Shown here: one piece after another, positions 25,386 to 40,104 of the stretch
How the letters are laid out: the number at the start of each line of letters is the position of its first letter
How positions within the stretch are numbered: position 1 is the stretch's first letter
Origin: Lama guanicoe
Lineage: Eukaryota
Assembly (NCBI GenBank): GCA_013239625.1
Contig: MU053557.1
Span: 3,936,123 to 4,000,122 of the forward strand
Direction of reading: 5' to 3'
DNA: 64,000 bases
The notes under the pieces: model-generated
Told to the model about the DNA's origin: nothing
What the model saw: only the letters and a program-made list of their open reading frames with translations
Databases searched by the model: none
Program-made: the position numbers and the translations under genes

Positions 25386-25527
25386 ACAAACACACACATA
25401 GACACCAGAGACTATACACACACACACTATATACATTATATGTGTGTATATATATATATAGTCTCTGGTGTGTGTGTGTGTGTATACATACATATATACA
25501 AGCACACACACACACACATATATATAC
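25386..25527. repeat. Composite (CA)/(TA)/(TG) microsatellite inside MIR-like sequence
   Basis: Visible directly. Confidence 0.85.
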
Positions 25528-25984
25528 TTGCATTTCACACTCAAAACCACTCTATGAGGTAAATATTATTTCCATGTACAGATGAGGAAACTAAATATCC
25601 AGAACTTAGCCTACATATTCAAAGTCAAAGGTCAACGTTTATTAGAAACAAAGTTCCAAATAAGATCCATGGGACTCAATGGCTGTGCTTCAGAATGTAC
25701 TACAATAAACCTGCCAAGCAAAGCACTGGTGGAGCAGAGTCTACTGCCTTCTCCCAGCTTTTCATACGTATGTCCTCCAGCCCAACAGACAAACAATGGC
25801 CATTTGGATAACTGTGCTTGGACAATACAGTTTACAATCTCAAGTCAGTAATTCATAGCAGAGACTATTGCCTGTCAATAATAATAATCACAGTAACAAT
25901 TACATGCACTGCACTTTATGTGAACTCCGGTGTGGTTAGCAATAGGTCCCACTGGACAGGGGATGAAAGTAAGGGTCCAGGGTG

Positions 25985-26352
25985 GTCTCTGTGTCATCTA
26001 CTAACTACTTCTGGTTCTCCCCTTTCTGGTCTTCAAGAGACAAGGTAAGACTGCACTCCAGAACCTCCAGGCCACATGATAGTGAGGGGAAAGAGATACT
26101 CGTGTCATTTTTGAGCTGGAATATCCAACTGTAAATGGAAATCTGTAAGAAAGCATCTTCACTTCACCTTGACAATCAACAATATTCCAAACAGTGACTA
26201 CCCTGTCTACTTGGAATCCATTGAAGGCAATGCAGCACCATCAGCTGACCACCCTGTGTATACAGCTTGAGTAAAAGTAAACTTGTATTGTTTTAAGTCA
26301 CTGAAATCTTGGGGTTATGTTACAACATAACCAGGCCTTCCTGGCTGATACA
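25985..26352 (+). mobile_element. MaLR (MLT1-like) LTR remnant
   Basis: 3' end aacttgtattgttttaagtcactgaaatcttggggttatgttacaaca...ctgataca. Confidence 0.55.
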
Positions 26353-26850
26353 CATAACTGACTTACTCAAGATCACAACGGTAGAAAACGTCAATGGCTT
26401 TCTCCAAGCCTCATAAATGCTAAGGTCACTGTTCCTTCGACTACGTCCCTACTTGTTTCATAGGTTTACAGTCTCAAAAATAAAACTTTTTCCTAGGAAC
26501 TAAAATATAAACATAAGTATAATCTGTCTCATCTGGGTTTAAAATCTTCTATTTTGGTGAAATAAAGTTTGGTATTTTCACTTATTTCATAAATGAGCCA
26601 AGCTGCCTATACTTAAATCTCTTCTACTATATGAGGTTTAGAATTCTAAGTAACAATTCCTACCTCTAGAGCATGCAGAAAAATACTTCTCATCTTGAAT
26701 AATCAATTTGTTGGGCAAACAGGAAGTAGCAATTAAGTGACAAGGACTGTAACACCACCCAGGGTGTGACATTGTGCTTTGAGAGCCTCTCAAAGCCAAG
26801 ACTGACTTTGGATGACCTCACAGGAGAGGCGGAGAAACAAAGCATCACCT

Positions 26851-26856
26851 TATAAA
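26851..26856 (+). promoter_or_regulatory. SPINK7 TATA box
   Basis: TATAAA 80 nt upstream of the ATG. Confidence 0.7.
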
Positions 26857-26930
26857 CATGACCCTTTCCTAGGGCATGGCAGGTGTAGTTGTACAGCCCA
26901 GACAGCCTCTGCATCACAGCCATTTCCATC

Positions 26931-29900
26931 ATGAAGATCACTGGGGTCCTCCTTCTGCTCTGTACAGTGATCCATATCTGCAGTTGCTCAGGTGAGTTAA
27001 CGGTAGATAGTGCCCTAAACAGCCATTAAGCTTGTTTTCTCAAATAACCCCTCACAGGATATAAGCATTTGAGAGAAATATCTTGTCCTGTGGATTTAAA
27101 ATGTACTGGTTTGTAACAGAAACAACCCTGGCCTGGAAAGGGGAACTCTTAGGTCCCACTTGGAGTTGGGGGAATTTGGATCTAGTGCATTCCCTCTCAA
27201 GGATTTTTATTCCCATTCATGGAACCAAAAAAAAAAAAAACCAACTAATTTTTTTTTAAAAGCCTACATTTCATAAGGACACTGGAAATTGTTGGTAACG
27301 TCAGATACTATTCCTCAGCACAAAGATGCAGGAAAACTCGAATGTCTCTCCAAATCAATCCAGGAAGATCGAAATAAAACACAGTTCTCCAAAGCCCAGG
27401 AGTCAATAATTAAACTTTTATATGGTAAAAAAATTTACTTAAATAAGATTCTACACCTTAATGATATTCCATTACACTCCTTTATATCAATTGGCAGGGG
27501 GAGAATATCAAAGATGGTGCTTCAGGCTCTTAGAAGTGGCTCCTATTGCCATCTGACTTAGAACATTATCAGAGACACAATGAGCTCCAGAAAACATCCT
27601 ATGGTCAATAAAGGGAGGAAATTTGGATAATTCTGTTACTTGAACCAAGGACTTGGTTAGCCATTTGCTTCCTCAGCAAAGAGCTGGATTTTGTGAAAGG
27701 ATGCGATAGGTGCTGAAACTCATCACCAGAAGTGACGTCTTCATCAATAGGACCAAATTTACATTAAATACTGAGATCTCACCACTTTGCTTAATTTTTT
27801 AACATTTCCATCTGTACCTCTCTTTCAGAAGCTGCTGGTCAGTCTTTAGCAAAGGTGAGTACACGGAACTACCCTTTCATTTCAGTTCCTATTGACTGTC
27901 CTTTAGCTGACAAATACTTATGAAATACATATGTAAGGTTAACTCCGCATGTTTGGGAGGGGGCTAAAAGGGAAGGCAGACACAGATAAAGAAACTGCCT
28001 CTGCTTTTCAGAAGGCGGTTGAAGAAATATGACATACATATATGTAAATAACCATAGCCTAAAAAAATATTCCAGAGTTAAAAAAGATAGAGAAGACTTC
28101 CAGCTGGGAGGTTGGTAGAATCTTCAAGGAAGGGGCAACATGTGAGAGGCAGGAGAGAGTTACCCTGGTTAACTGCATAGGCTCTGGATTCAAACTTCCA
28201 CCCTACCACTTACTAACTTTTATGTAATACAAGTTCTCTCTTCTTAAGCCCAAATTTCTCTCATTTGTAAATAGGTATAATAGTAGAATCTTCCCTATTA
28301 AGTCGCTCTGAAGATTAAACAAAGAAAATTCATGTAAGATTTAAGTTTAATGCCTAGCAAAAAAAATGCCCAGGAACTGTTAATGGGGTGTGCTAGCAAT
28401 AATAGAAGTGGTGCTGGAAGTACCAGTATTTGTCACAGTGGTCATATTATCAATAGAAGTAGTCACAGCAGCATCAGAATATCAGAGTGGGACCTCCAGG
28501 ATGGTATCTGACTTCTTGTGCAATAGAGGCAGGGTAGCCTAGCTTGAGAGCCGGGAGAAAAGCAGGACATTCTCTTGTGTCTGTCGCAGGTGGACTGCAG
28601 CATTTACAAGAAGTACCCACTGGTGGCCATCCCCTGCCCCATCACATACCTGCCTGTTTGTGGGTCTGACTACATCACCTACGGGAATGAATGCCACTTG
28701 TGTATTGAGAACTTGTGAGTACCTCATGGGAAGGAGAAGAAGCTGGGGCAGTGTCCTCCACTGTAATCCTTTCCTCTTTCCACGAGCCTGCTTAACTCTC
28801 CAGAACCTGTACTGTGCTGTCCCAGAGCAGCTGGGAAAGAGAAAACTTGCTGCCTCACTGTCAGACTAGGGTTGAGCCACCTGCTCTGCCAGCTGGGACT
28901 GGTCATTCCACGGCAGAACCTCTAATTCCTGCCTATCAATTGAGTCTAACAAGATCATGCGCTTTCAAATTACTGTCCCCAGAGTAATTAATGGCCATAA
29001 TTCAGATGATTCTTAGATAAAATATGGCCAGAGGGCCTTTGTACTCCTCAATTTCTTAAGGCTATAGATATTTCTATAGCCTTAGGGGGACAGGGAGGAT
29101 AAAGCTACCAAAAAGATTTTTTTCTTTGCTCTGAAACTGGGGAATGCAAGCTGTCAGTACTTGGACCAGAATCCCATGGACATGTTTTGTTTCAGTTTTG
29201 TTTTTGGCCTGCACAGGGGTTTTGGAGGCAATATAACCAGGCAGATGTCACTTCCTTGGTGTAAAATGGGCAATTTAGCATTTACTGTCTTAAACCAAGT
29301 TCGCTTTGCTCATTGTTAACTCTCTTACAGACCACTGGATTCTGGCCACTCATCTCAGATCTTGTGGTTTTTTTCACCTTTGTAATTATCTTTACAAGTT
29401 AAAATACGTTAACGGCTTGAGCCCAGAAGAATATATTTACATATTTATTCCAATTCAGGAACTTTTATTTCACAAAAGAGAAGATTCTCTAATGTGTCCA
29501 CACATTGGGCCCTCGGCCTAGAAACCAGCTTGTTTCATGGACACTGAAGGGACATGTGGTTGAAATTGGATCCTCACCAAGGCAGGATCCAGCCTCACCA
29601 CAGGCCCTGCTGACCAGGGAAGGCTGAGGAGCAGGCCACCTCAGCTTCCCTTGTCAGAAGGCCTCCTTCTTTGTTGTTGTGAAACACTGATTGATCAGCC
29701 TGGGCTCTGGGATCGGTGGAGGCAGCAGGTGGGGTGGAAGTATCACTGGGCTAGGGAAATTCTGCTTCTGCCTCTGTCAGAAAGTGCCTGTGGCAAGGAC
29801 ATTCCTTCTCAGGAACTAATTTTCCTCATCTATAAAATGAGGTTCTGCCTCACAATTTCTATAGTTCCTTTCAGTTCTAATATTATATAAAATTTCCTCT

Positions 29901-29981
29901 TGTGTTAATGAATCTTATTAACTGTCTTCCCACAGGAAGAGTAACGGAAAAGTTCAACTTCTACATGAGGGAAAATGTTAA
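26931..29981 (+). CDS. SPINK7: Serine protease inhibitor Kazal-type 7 (ECRG2), 85 aa. Coding exons 26931-26991, 27829-27854, 28590-28714, 29936-29981
   Basis: 61+26+125+46 = 258 nt with GT/AG introns. [85 protein letters not shown]. Kazal domain nearly identical to recalled human SPINK7. Confidence 0.97.
28170..28385 (+). mobile_element. MIR in SPINK7 intron 2, one example of many MIR remnants (others at about 9830, 18700, 25550, 47230, 52790, 54370, 55640, 56070)
   Basis: Core motif ttctctcatttgtaaataggtataatagtag...gaagattaaa. Confidence 0.65.
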
Positions 29982-30181
29982 CTTCACCAGAGACATGGCT
30001 ATAGAGCAGTGATATCCCCACTGTCATCTCCATCTTCCCTGGGCCCTGCCTGCCTTTTCCTTCATGGTGGTAGAGGTTCCGGGGGCTGGTGCTCGGGATG
30101 GGGCACAGAAGATTCAGGGTCATCTTTGCTGAGCAGAGAAAGCTGTGCTCTCCCTCCAGACTCCTGCCTCACTGACTGACA

Positions 30182-30187
30182 AATAAA
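30182..30187 (+). terminator. SPINK7 polyadenylation signal
   Basis: AATAAA about 200 nt after the stop codon. Confidence 0.7.
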
Positions 30188-30749
30188 AACATATCAAATA
30201 AACTAAAAAGTATAATGAAATTCTAATAATTCATTGCTGAGTTCTAAGTGTCGAATGAAATAATTACATTTACAAGAAACTTTGCAGAACTGTTATCTAC
30301 CTAGAAACCTTAATAGTTCAAAAGATATAAACCCATTTAAAATGGAACACGAAAACCAAAATACCTATAATACCTAACAGCATTCACCATAATTCTTTTA
30401 GGAATTACATAACTATGTAACTAGATATTTATTTCATAAATAAATTATATAGTAATAATTTTATAGCAAACATTATCAAAATAAATCAGTGACATTTCTG
30501 ACCTATCCTGAACAATCTAACTTGATCCTAAGATTTTAAAAGTGTATTTTTGTAATAAATTGACCAAAAAAAAAAGTTCATCTGCAGTAGAGGCCCTATT
30601 TGGGTAATTTATTTTCTAATTGTTCGAATGAAACTCCAATTACTTGTCAATTCTTCTTTACTTGACATACTTAGTCCATTTTATCAAGGATGTTGTGTGA
30701 TTCTACACAGGGAGTCCAGCATGCTTGGAAAATGCTTCTCTAAATTCAA

Positions 30750-33700
30750 TGTGGCAGATTGCCAAGAAGGCGGAGTAGAACGACACTGTGTTCACCTTCT
30801 CCCATGAATACAACGAAAACTATATCTACATATGGAACAATTCGCACAAAATAGCTGCTGAACTTTCTTACTATTGGAACTACAAGGAAAATCCTCACAA
30901 AACTGGGTAGGAGAAAAGAAAAAAGAAAAAAGAAAAATTAAATCAGGGCAGGATCTGTCCCCGTGGGAGGGAGCAGCAGAGGAAGAAAAGTATCCTCACC
31001 CTAGGAAGCCCCCTCTCCAGCAGGGAGTTCAGCTGAGAAAGAAAGGGGTCTCCAGAGGCTTGGAGGAGAAAGCAGCAAGCGCCTGGCAGACATAACAGAG
31101 AAAAACCAGCACAGAGGGCTCAGGCAATCCCCAGCCTGAGACGCAAGCCTGTGGGGTTGGGCCGGGACTGGGTACTGGAGTTCAGCCTTATGTGGATGAA
31201 CCCAGGGAGAGGACTGGGGCTGAGTGTGGTGTGGGCTGAGGCTGGGTGTGCAGAACAGAACAGCCTGGGTCCCCCAACAGAGAGCACCACTGCTGGTGTG
31301 CATGGAGAGAGGGGCACAACACAGCCCGGCCACAGCCGCCATCTCCACTAGCCCAGAGGGTGCTGCTGGGCACCGCTGTAGGCGCCACGCTCTCACAAGT
31401 GGAAGGAAGGGCTCCAGATGCAGCTGTCTTCTCATTTTGCTCTGGAGGGGCACAGTGGCTGGCGTGCAGCTCCCAAACTGAGGCAGGGCTAGAACATGAA
31501 TCCATTACCAGGGGTCTCAAGACTCTGCAGGCAGGACTGAGATTTGAGTCAAGCCCCAAGCAATGGTAGTGGATTTGTTCTGCTGATGCCTTTGTGGATC
31601 AGTGCCTCTGAGACAATCAGAGTTCTGGTGCGTGGCGGGAGCAAGTCTGTGTTAACAGTGGGCCTGCATACACGGACATGAGGAAGGGGTCTGGTCTGAT
31701 CCCAGGCTCATGGTGGACTGAGTGCGTGACTGCACACACACTGTAGGTGCAGAACCTCAGGGATGCCAGGGCAGTTGCCAACATTCCCGTGGCTAAGAGA
31801 GGGACAAGGGGAGTGTCAACAAAGTATACTTTCTAAACCTGGACAACGAGAGCACTGTCAGGTGGACCTCTGTTGCGGAGGTATACTCAGCAACTGCTCA
31901 TCCAGCAGAAGTGTTCGAGTCCTGCCTATCACATGACAGCTCAGAAACGGGTCTGGGAGCCTCTATTCCAACAACAGGGAAGCAGTCCCGGCCCCTGTCA
32001 GGGCTGTGACAACCACAAAGCAAAGAGGAGGCCTTGCTTAAACCAGGGCAGGCTGTGGTCACCACAATATCAACCACATCCCTAATCAGGGGGTAACAGC
32101 CAGCACACACTGAGAAGACACGTGGCAATCATCCATACTAAAAACAGCCCTCATGACAAAATAATAGACACACAGTCTACACAGGGACACTCCCACTTTA
32201 AAACAAAAAGACCTTCAAGACCAAAGTAGATAACTGTTACTCCTAAATTCATAGAGTCAGAGAAATAAAGTAAAAGCAGAGGAACTACTCCCAATCAAAA
32301 GAACAAGAAAAGTCTCCTGAAAGAACAAAGAAACAGACCTCGACAGCTTAGTAGATCCTGAGCTCAAAAAGAAGATAATAAAAGCACTGAAGGAAATGAG
32401 AGGCTATCAATAGAAATGCAGAATACTATAAAAATGAATTAAAAACTATTAAGAGGAGCCAATTAAAATTAGATAACACAACTGCTGAGATAAAATCTGA
32501 GCTAAAGGCAGTCAGGAGTTAACTAAATAATGCAGAAGAATGAGTAAGTGATTTAGAAGGTAGGATAATGGAAATCACCCAATCAGAAGAACCGACAGAA
32601 AAACAAATAAACACAAATGAAAGCAACATAAGAGACTTATGAGATAACATAAAGTGTGTCAACTTATGCATAATAGGGGTTCCAGAAGGAGAGGAAAGAG
32701 AAAAGGGGATCAAAAAGGAATTTGAAGAAATCATAACTGAAACCTTCCCAAAACTACAGAAGGAAACAGGTATCAAAGTACAGGAAGCACAGAGGGTCCC
32801 AAACAAGATGAACCCAAACAGACTTACACCAAGACACATTATAATTAATATGGCCAAAATTAAAGAAAAGATTCTGAAGGCAGGAAGAGAAGAACAAAGT
32901 TAGTTACAAGGGAACCCACATAAGGCTATCACCTGATTGCTCTACAGAAACACTACTGGCCAGAAGGGAGTGGTAAGATACATTCAAAGTCCTGAAAGAA
33001 AAACCTGCACAGTAGGATACTCTACCAAGCAAGACTATCTTTCAGAATAGGAGAGAGAAAGAATTTCTCAGACAAGCAAAAACTAAAAGAATACAACAAA
33101 ACTAAATTCATCCTGAAAGAAATATTGAAAGATATTCTCTAAATTAAAAAGAAGCAGGAATCTATAAAAAGAGGACACCACAACTGGAAATGCAGTATCT
33201 ATAATGAACAGCAAGAGAATAAACATGAAGATGTAAAAGAAGACATCAAAAGCATAAAATGTCAAAGAGGGGAGCAGGGAAATGTACATCCCCCCACCAC
33301 CGTTCTTCTTAGGATGTGTTTGGGCCTGTAGGATTACTGGTCTAAAGCAAAAGGATATAGTAGCGGGTTAACATACTTCAAAAACTGGGTAACCACAAAT
33401 TAAAGGCATACAATAGAGTCACAAAAGCCAAAGAGAAAAGAAATTAAGTGAATACAAAAAAACACTATTACACCACAAAAGGAAAAACAACAACAAAAAG
33501 AAAAGAACAAAGAAGAAACACAAAATCAACTGGAAAACAAAGTTTAAAATGGCAATATAGACATCTATCAATAATTACCATAAATGTCAATGGACTAAAT
33601 GCTCCAATCAAAAGACATACCGTGGCAGACTGGATAATAAAACAAGAGCCTACAATATGCTGCCTACAAGAGACCCACTTTAGGGTGAAGGACACACATA

Positions 33701-36660
33701 GATGGAAAGTGAGAAGATGGAAAAAGATATTTCATGCAAATGGAAATAACAAGAAAGCAGGGGTAGGTAGCAATACTCATATTAGACAAAATATACCTTA
33801 AAACAAAGGACAAAGAAAGACAAAGAAGGACACTCTATATGATAAAAGGAACAATACAAGAAGAGTATACTATGCTCATTAACATATATGCACCCAGTAT
33901 AGAAGTACCTAAATATATAAAACAAATACAAACAGACATAAAGGGAGAAATTAACAGAAATACAATAATAGTAGGAGATTTTAACACACACCTAACATCA
34001 TTTGATAGATCTGCTGGACAGAAAATCAATAAAGCAATGGAGATACTAAATGACACAATAGAATAGTTGGACTTAGTTGATATTTTTAGGACATCTCCTC
34101 AAAACAGAATATACATTCTTTTCAAAACCAGACAAAGACACTACCAAAAAAGGAAAGTACAGACCAATATTGTTGATAAACATAGATGCAAAAATCCTCA
34201 ACAGAATTTTAGCAGACAGACTCCAATAACACACAAAAAACATTGTGCACTATGATAAAGTTTGATTCATGCCAGGGACACAAGGATGGTTCAACATATG
34301 CTAATCAATATGATACACCACATCAACAGAAGAACTCTTAGCAAAATGGGTATAGAGGGAACATATCTCAACATAATAAAAGCTATTTATGACAAACCTA
34401 CAGCCAACATAATACTCAATGGTGAAAAGTTGAAAGCCTTTCCACTAAAATCTAGAACAAGACAAGGATGCCCACTCTTATGACTTCTTTTTAACATAGT
34501 ATTGGAAGTCCTAGCCATAGCAATCAGACAAGATAAAGAAATAAAGGGGATCCAAATTGGAAGAGAAGAGGTAAAATTATCACTACATTTGGATGACATG
34601 ATACTATATATAGAAAACCCTAAAGGCTCCACACAAAAACTACTAGAGCTGATAAAAGAATTTGGGAAGGTAGCAGGGTACAAGATTAACATAAAGAAAT
34701 CAGCTGCATTTCTTTACACTAATAATGAAAACTCAGAAAAGGAGAGTAAAAAAAAAATTCCTTTTATAGTAACAACAGAAAAAAAAAAAAAACTTAGGAA
34801 TAAACCTGACCAAGGAGGTGAAAGACGCATGAAAAATTACAAAACACTGATTAAGGGAACTAAAGATGATTTTAAGAAATGGAAAGATACCTCATGCTCT
34901 TGAATTGGAAGAATATTGTTAAAATGGCCATACTACCCAAAGCAATCTACACATTTAATGTGATCCCTATCAAATTACTCAGGACATTTTTCACAGAACT
35001 AGAACAAATAATCCTAAAATTTATAAGGCATCACAAAACACCAGAACTGCCAAAGCAATACTGAAGAAGAACGAAGCTGGAGGAATAACCCTCCCCAGAC
35101 TTTGGACGATACTACAGAGCTACAGTAATCAAAACAGCATGGTATTGGCATAAAAACAGACATGTGGATCAATGGAACACAACAGAGAGCCTAGAAATAA
35201 ACCCACACACTTACGATCAAGTAATCTACAAAAACAAACAAACAAAAAAAACAAAAAAAAAAGGAGGCAAGAATATACAATGGAGAAAAGATAGTTTCTT
35301 CACCAAGTGCTGTTGGGAAAGCTGGACAGCTGTATGTAAATCAATGAAGTTAGAACACTCCCTCACACCATACAGAAAAATAAATGCAAAATGGTTTAAA
35401 GACTTAAACATAAGACAAGACACAATAAACCTTCCAGAAGAAAACATAGGCAAAACATTCTCTGACATAAATATTAGCAATATTCTCCTAGGGCAGTCTA
35501 CCTAGGCAATAGAAACAAAAGCAAAAGTTTAAAAACTGGATCTAATTAACTTATAAGCTTTCATACAGTAAAGTTAACTAAATGCAAAACAAAAAGACAA
35601 CCTACGGAATGGGAGAAAATATTTGCAAATGATGCGTCTGATAAGGGCTTCATTTCCAAAGAATATAAATAGCTCACAGAACTTAATAACAGCAACAATA
35701 AAAACAACAACAACAAACCAGACAACCCAATCCAAAAATAGGCAGAAGACCTAAACAAGCAATTCTCCAATGAAGACATATAAATGGCCAATAGGAACAT
35801 TAAAAAATGCTCAATATTGCTAATTATCAGAGAAATACAAATCAAAACTACAATGAGGTATCACTTCATACCAGTGAGAATAGCCATCATTCAAAAGTCC
35901 ACAAGGGATAAATGCTGGAGAGGGTATGGAGAAAAGGGAACCCTCCTACACTGTTGGTGGGGATGTAATTTGGTGCAGCTACTATGGAAATGAGTATGGA
36001 CGTTCCTTAAACAACTAAAAATAGACTTACCATATGATCCAGCAATCCCACTCCTGAGTATATATCTGGAGAAAGCTCTAATTTGAAAAGATAACTACAC
36101 CATAATGTTCATAATAGCACTATTTACAATAGCCAAGATGTAGAAGCAACCTAGATGTCCACTTGCAAATGACTGGATAAAGAAGTTGTGGTATATTTAT
36201 ACAGTGGAATACTACTCAGCCATTAAAAAAGAAATGAACTAATGTCATTGGTAACAACACAGATGGACCCTTAGATTGTCATTCTAAGTGATGTAAGCCA
36301 GAAAGAGAAAAACATATACCATATGTTATCACCTATATGTGGAATTTTAAAAAAGGACACAAACTTATTTACAAACCAGAAACAGACTCACAGACATAGA
36401 AAGCAAACTTATGGTTACCAGGGAATAAAGCAGGTGGGAAGGAATAAATCAGGATTTTGAGATTTGCATACAGTAACTACTATATATAAAATAGATAAAC
36501 AACAAGCTTATACTGTATAGCACAGGGAACTATATTCAATATGTTACAGTAATCTACAATGTAAAAGAATATGAATGAATATTTGCATGCATGACTGAAA
36601 CATTATGCTGTACACCAGAAATTAATACATTTCAAACTGACTATATTTCAATTAAAAAAA
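30750..36660 (+). mobile_element. Near full-length decayed LINE-1: GC-rich 5' UTR (~30750-32250), ORF1 remnant (~32270-33140), ORF2 remnant with internal deletions (~33550-36300), 3' UTR and A-tail
   Basis: 5' motif ccaagaaggcggagtag; endonuclease peptides INVNGLNAPIKRH, ICCLQETH, IIVGDFNT; RT peptides [19 protein letters not shown]; many stops and frameshifts. Confidence 0.95.
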
Positions 36661-39600
36661 TTTTTAAGGCCAAAATATTTTAAACACATGGAAAAGACAG
36701 AAAGAATAATATAGCCCACACCCTGCTGATTCCAATCTGAACAGTTTCCATATTTACTTTAGACTTCTTTTAAAAAACTAAAACCTTCCAGACACAGAAA
36801 AAGATAAATTTTAATTCAGTTCTAAACCATCTTGATTATTTTAATTCTGATTCTCAATGTGCCACAGAATCAGCTATTCCATGCTAATAACTACTGAGCC
36901 ATGATATTAGACTACCAACCCCCTAATCCTAATGTTAAATGCACAATATATCCAAACCTAACCAGCTCATAGTATTTAACTCAAATCTATGCTTAACAGT
37001 AAGCTCACAATCTTTCACTCCAATGTGTTCATCACAGTAAGACACCTAGTAATCTAGCGTTTCTCAGCCTTTGATCTTTCAGACACACCTCCTCAACCCA
37101 ATCATAGATTCGAAGAACCAGTGCATAAATTCACAAAAGAGAAGAAATACTGGTCCAGCGATGCTGAGTAGTTGAAGAAACAAAAGCTCACTTTTCTCCT
37201 TTCTTTTCATTTCCTTTTCCCCCTAGCTCAAATAGTTTTCCTTCTCTTTATCCTACTTTTCCTCTCCCTACATATTCCTTTCATAACTTTTTATTGCTCT
37301 TCAAACTTTTCCTACCTTTTCCTTAAACTCATTAGCTTTTTCTCATTTTCTCTAGCTCCCTAAATATCTTTTATATATATAAAGTCTTCCAGCCTCCATA
37401 CTCCAAGGTCTGACCATAAATCCCTTTGCAGTGATGGTCAAGTGCGTATAAAGGCCCATATACACCCCTGTAAAAACTTTATATTATTAGATATTTGTCT
37501 CACAATGAAGAGTGTTGGAGAACTCATCCAAAATTTTTACCACATATATTACTTTACAGCCAAATCCTTACCTAGGCTTGAAGCCCAATTTACAGCTTCT
37601 ATCTCAACATGTAGAATAAATTCTAATTTCACATAAACCCAAACAATGTTTACCTTACATCTAAATCTCAACTGCTATCTCTCACAGCTCCTTCAAAAGC
37701 CTAATGCTTAACCTTCCCCCTTAAAAGCTAACTCTTAATTCTCTTTTAATTCAAAGCTCAAAATAAAAATCTTTAACACTTACTTGCATACAGTTCATCT
37801 CATGCAGCCGAATCTGAGAACCAACATTGAACCTAGTACTGAACTTTTAAGAGCCAACCTAATTTTTCATTGTCTCTAGGTCTTCGTTCTACTCATTGAG
37901 TTAGTTAAAGTGCCTGTATTTATATAAATATTGTGTTCTGTTTGTGTGTCATTGTGTCACTGGATGCTACAATCTCACTTTGTTTGTTAATAAATACATA
38001 GGTGCATCTTCACATATGACTCTCTTTATAGCTGACCTGATCAGGGCTAGTGGTCCCAGTGACCTGGCCATAAGAACTGTGTTGGAAAGCTAGCCATTAT
38101 ATACATGAGAATACAATGAGTTATTAATTTTCAGTTAATGAACATGTAGACTGTTCCATTTAATATCTTATTCAATATTTACACTGGTACAAGTAAGTCC
38201 CTGTTGGTTTCCCAGAGTAATGAAAGGCTGAAACTGAATTAAAATAAAAAGAGCAAACACAAAATAACATAAAAAATAAAAAATGGCTAAGGAATATTCA
38301 TTCCTGACAAAATCATTTTTCAACTTGAACTGATGTTTCGACCCCAGCCGCTTTAAGTTAAAATGATCTCAGTCAATTCTGTGCCTCTGTGATAAGTTGC
38401 TTTTACTGAGACCTGATCGAGTCTGCCTAACTCACTGCATGTATCTCTCAGTATGGGTCTCCTTTTGGTTATCAGTTTGTGGTTATAAAGCTAACAGGAA
38501 GTGTTTAATTCTAATAATCTCCTTTGTTTCCCACTGTGTCTGTAAGCAATCTCAGAGTTGCCTGAGAGCTGGAACAAGCAAACAGGTTCCTCACATTCCA
38601 CAATCATTCTGCCTGCACCAGTGAAGATAATGATGCACTTGTGGCTTCCTCAAAACAATGACCTGGGACCTCTGTGCCCTTTGGGAGCTTTGGAGAAGAA
38701 GGGATCAGTCTTGCCCCCATACTTGGTGCTCTGCATTATAAGCCTGGATTTAGAAAGCCAGACATCCAACTATAAATGTAAATATGAAGTGAATTTATTT
38801 TAAAAATTTAACCTTTCCAAGTTTAGGCCTTGGAGAAGAAATGACTTTAATTTTATTTGCTCCTCTGTGTATTCATCAACATTTGCATCACTGAGGTCTT
38901 TATCATCCTCATCATCGTCTTCATTATAAAACTCCACCAAGCAACTCAGGAAAATGCAACAAATCTTGAAATAGAAGACTTGTGTTGTGCTTACCACAAC
39001 CTGAACATTTACCAGGGATGTAGCTGTGGGTAGGCCACTTTATGTGTGCAATGTCTCTTCCCCTACTGCTAATAAAGAGAATAATAATCCCTAACTGAAA
39101 TTGTATTTTGTGAGAGTCAGGTAAGATACGCATGTGAATGTGATTTGCGAACTATGCAGTCCTATAGAAACGAAAGGGATGATTATGGTCTGTATGCCCA
39201 GTCTTCAACACCTATACCACATTCTCTGCAATATGCTTGGCCAGTAAGTTCTCAGGTACTTTTTCTTGGTTTGAGAAATGGGAATGTTTATGTTGATTAG
39301 AAATTGATACTACAAAGTGAAAAGTGGAATGCGTAGTTTAAACATGTAAGAATATACACATTTACTTACATAGTTTGCCCCATTTAAACATGGCCTCACT
39401 TAACTCAATAGAATGAATAAAACTGCAATAAAAATTAAATATTTACATCATTTCAAGAAATATTATTACAAAATATTTATTAATTTTAAAAGGAAAAGGT
39501 AACTTCATAGTGGAAAACCTGGCAGACACTAACTTAAGTGATTAAAGTTAGCATCATTAGTGATGGGGCAAATCAGCATCATGTACACTATCTGAAAGGA

Positions 39601-39685
39601 TGCAATGCAAAGAACATAGTGTAACTTCGGGATTTCCCTGCCAAAAATGCACAGCCTGAATATAATCATTAAGAAACATCAGACA

Positions 39686-39932
39686 GGGGAAAAGGGGTGA
39701 GAAGGGATAAATTTGGGAGTTTGAGATATGCAAATGTTAGCCACCGTATATAAAAATAGATTTGAAAATTTCTTCTGTATAGCACAGGGAACGATATTCA
39801 GTATTTTGTAATAACCTTTAAAGAAAAAGAAAAGGAAAATGAATATATGTATGTATATGCATGACTGGGACATTGTGCTGCACACCAGAGATTGACACAT
39901 TGTAACTGACTACACTTCAATTAAAAAAAAAA
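39686..39932 (+). mobile_element. L1 3' end insertion inside an older L1M fragment (~39480-40060)
   Basis: 15-bp TSD aagaaa(c/t)atcagaca (39671-39685, 39933-39947); poly(A) tail. Confidence 0.85.
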
Positions 39933-40061
39933 AAGAAATATCAGACAAACTCAAATTCAGAAACATTTTACAAAAATAAGTGGTCTGTAATTCTTAAAGC
40001 CCAAGGAAGGGGTTCTGCATTGAAAGATACTGGAGGACATGACAGTGAAAGATCCTGAATG

Positions 40062-40062
<1 letters not shown>

Positions 40063-40104
<42 letters not shown>

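Noticed and set aside
31001..32128. Cluster of overlapping GC-rich ORFs
   Set aside because: They lie in the L1 5' UTR and have no splice or homology support.
38135..38192. gta gac tgt tcc att (VDCSI), resembling the SPINK7 exon-3 start, between AG and GTAAGT
   Set aside because: Immediately followed by TAA with no further Kazal cysteines; probably chance.
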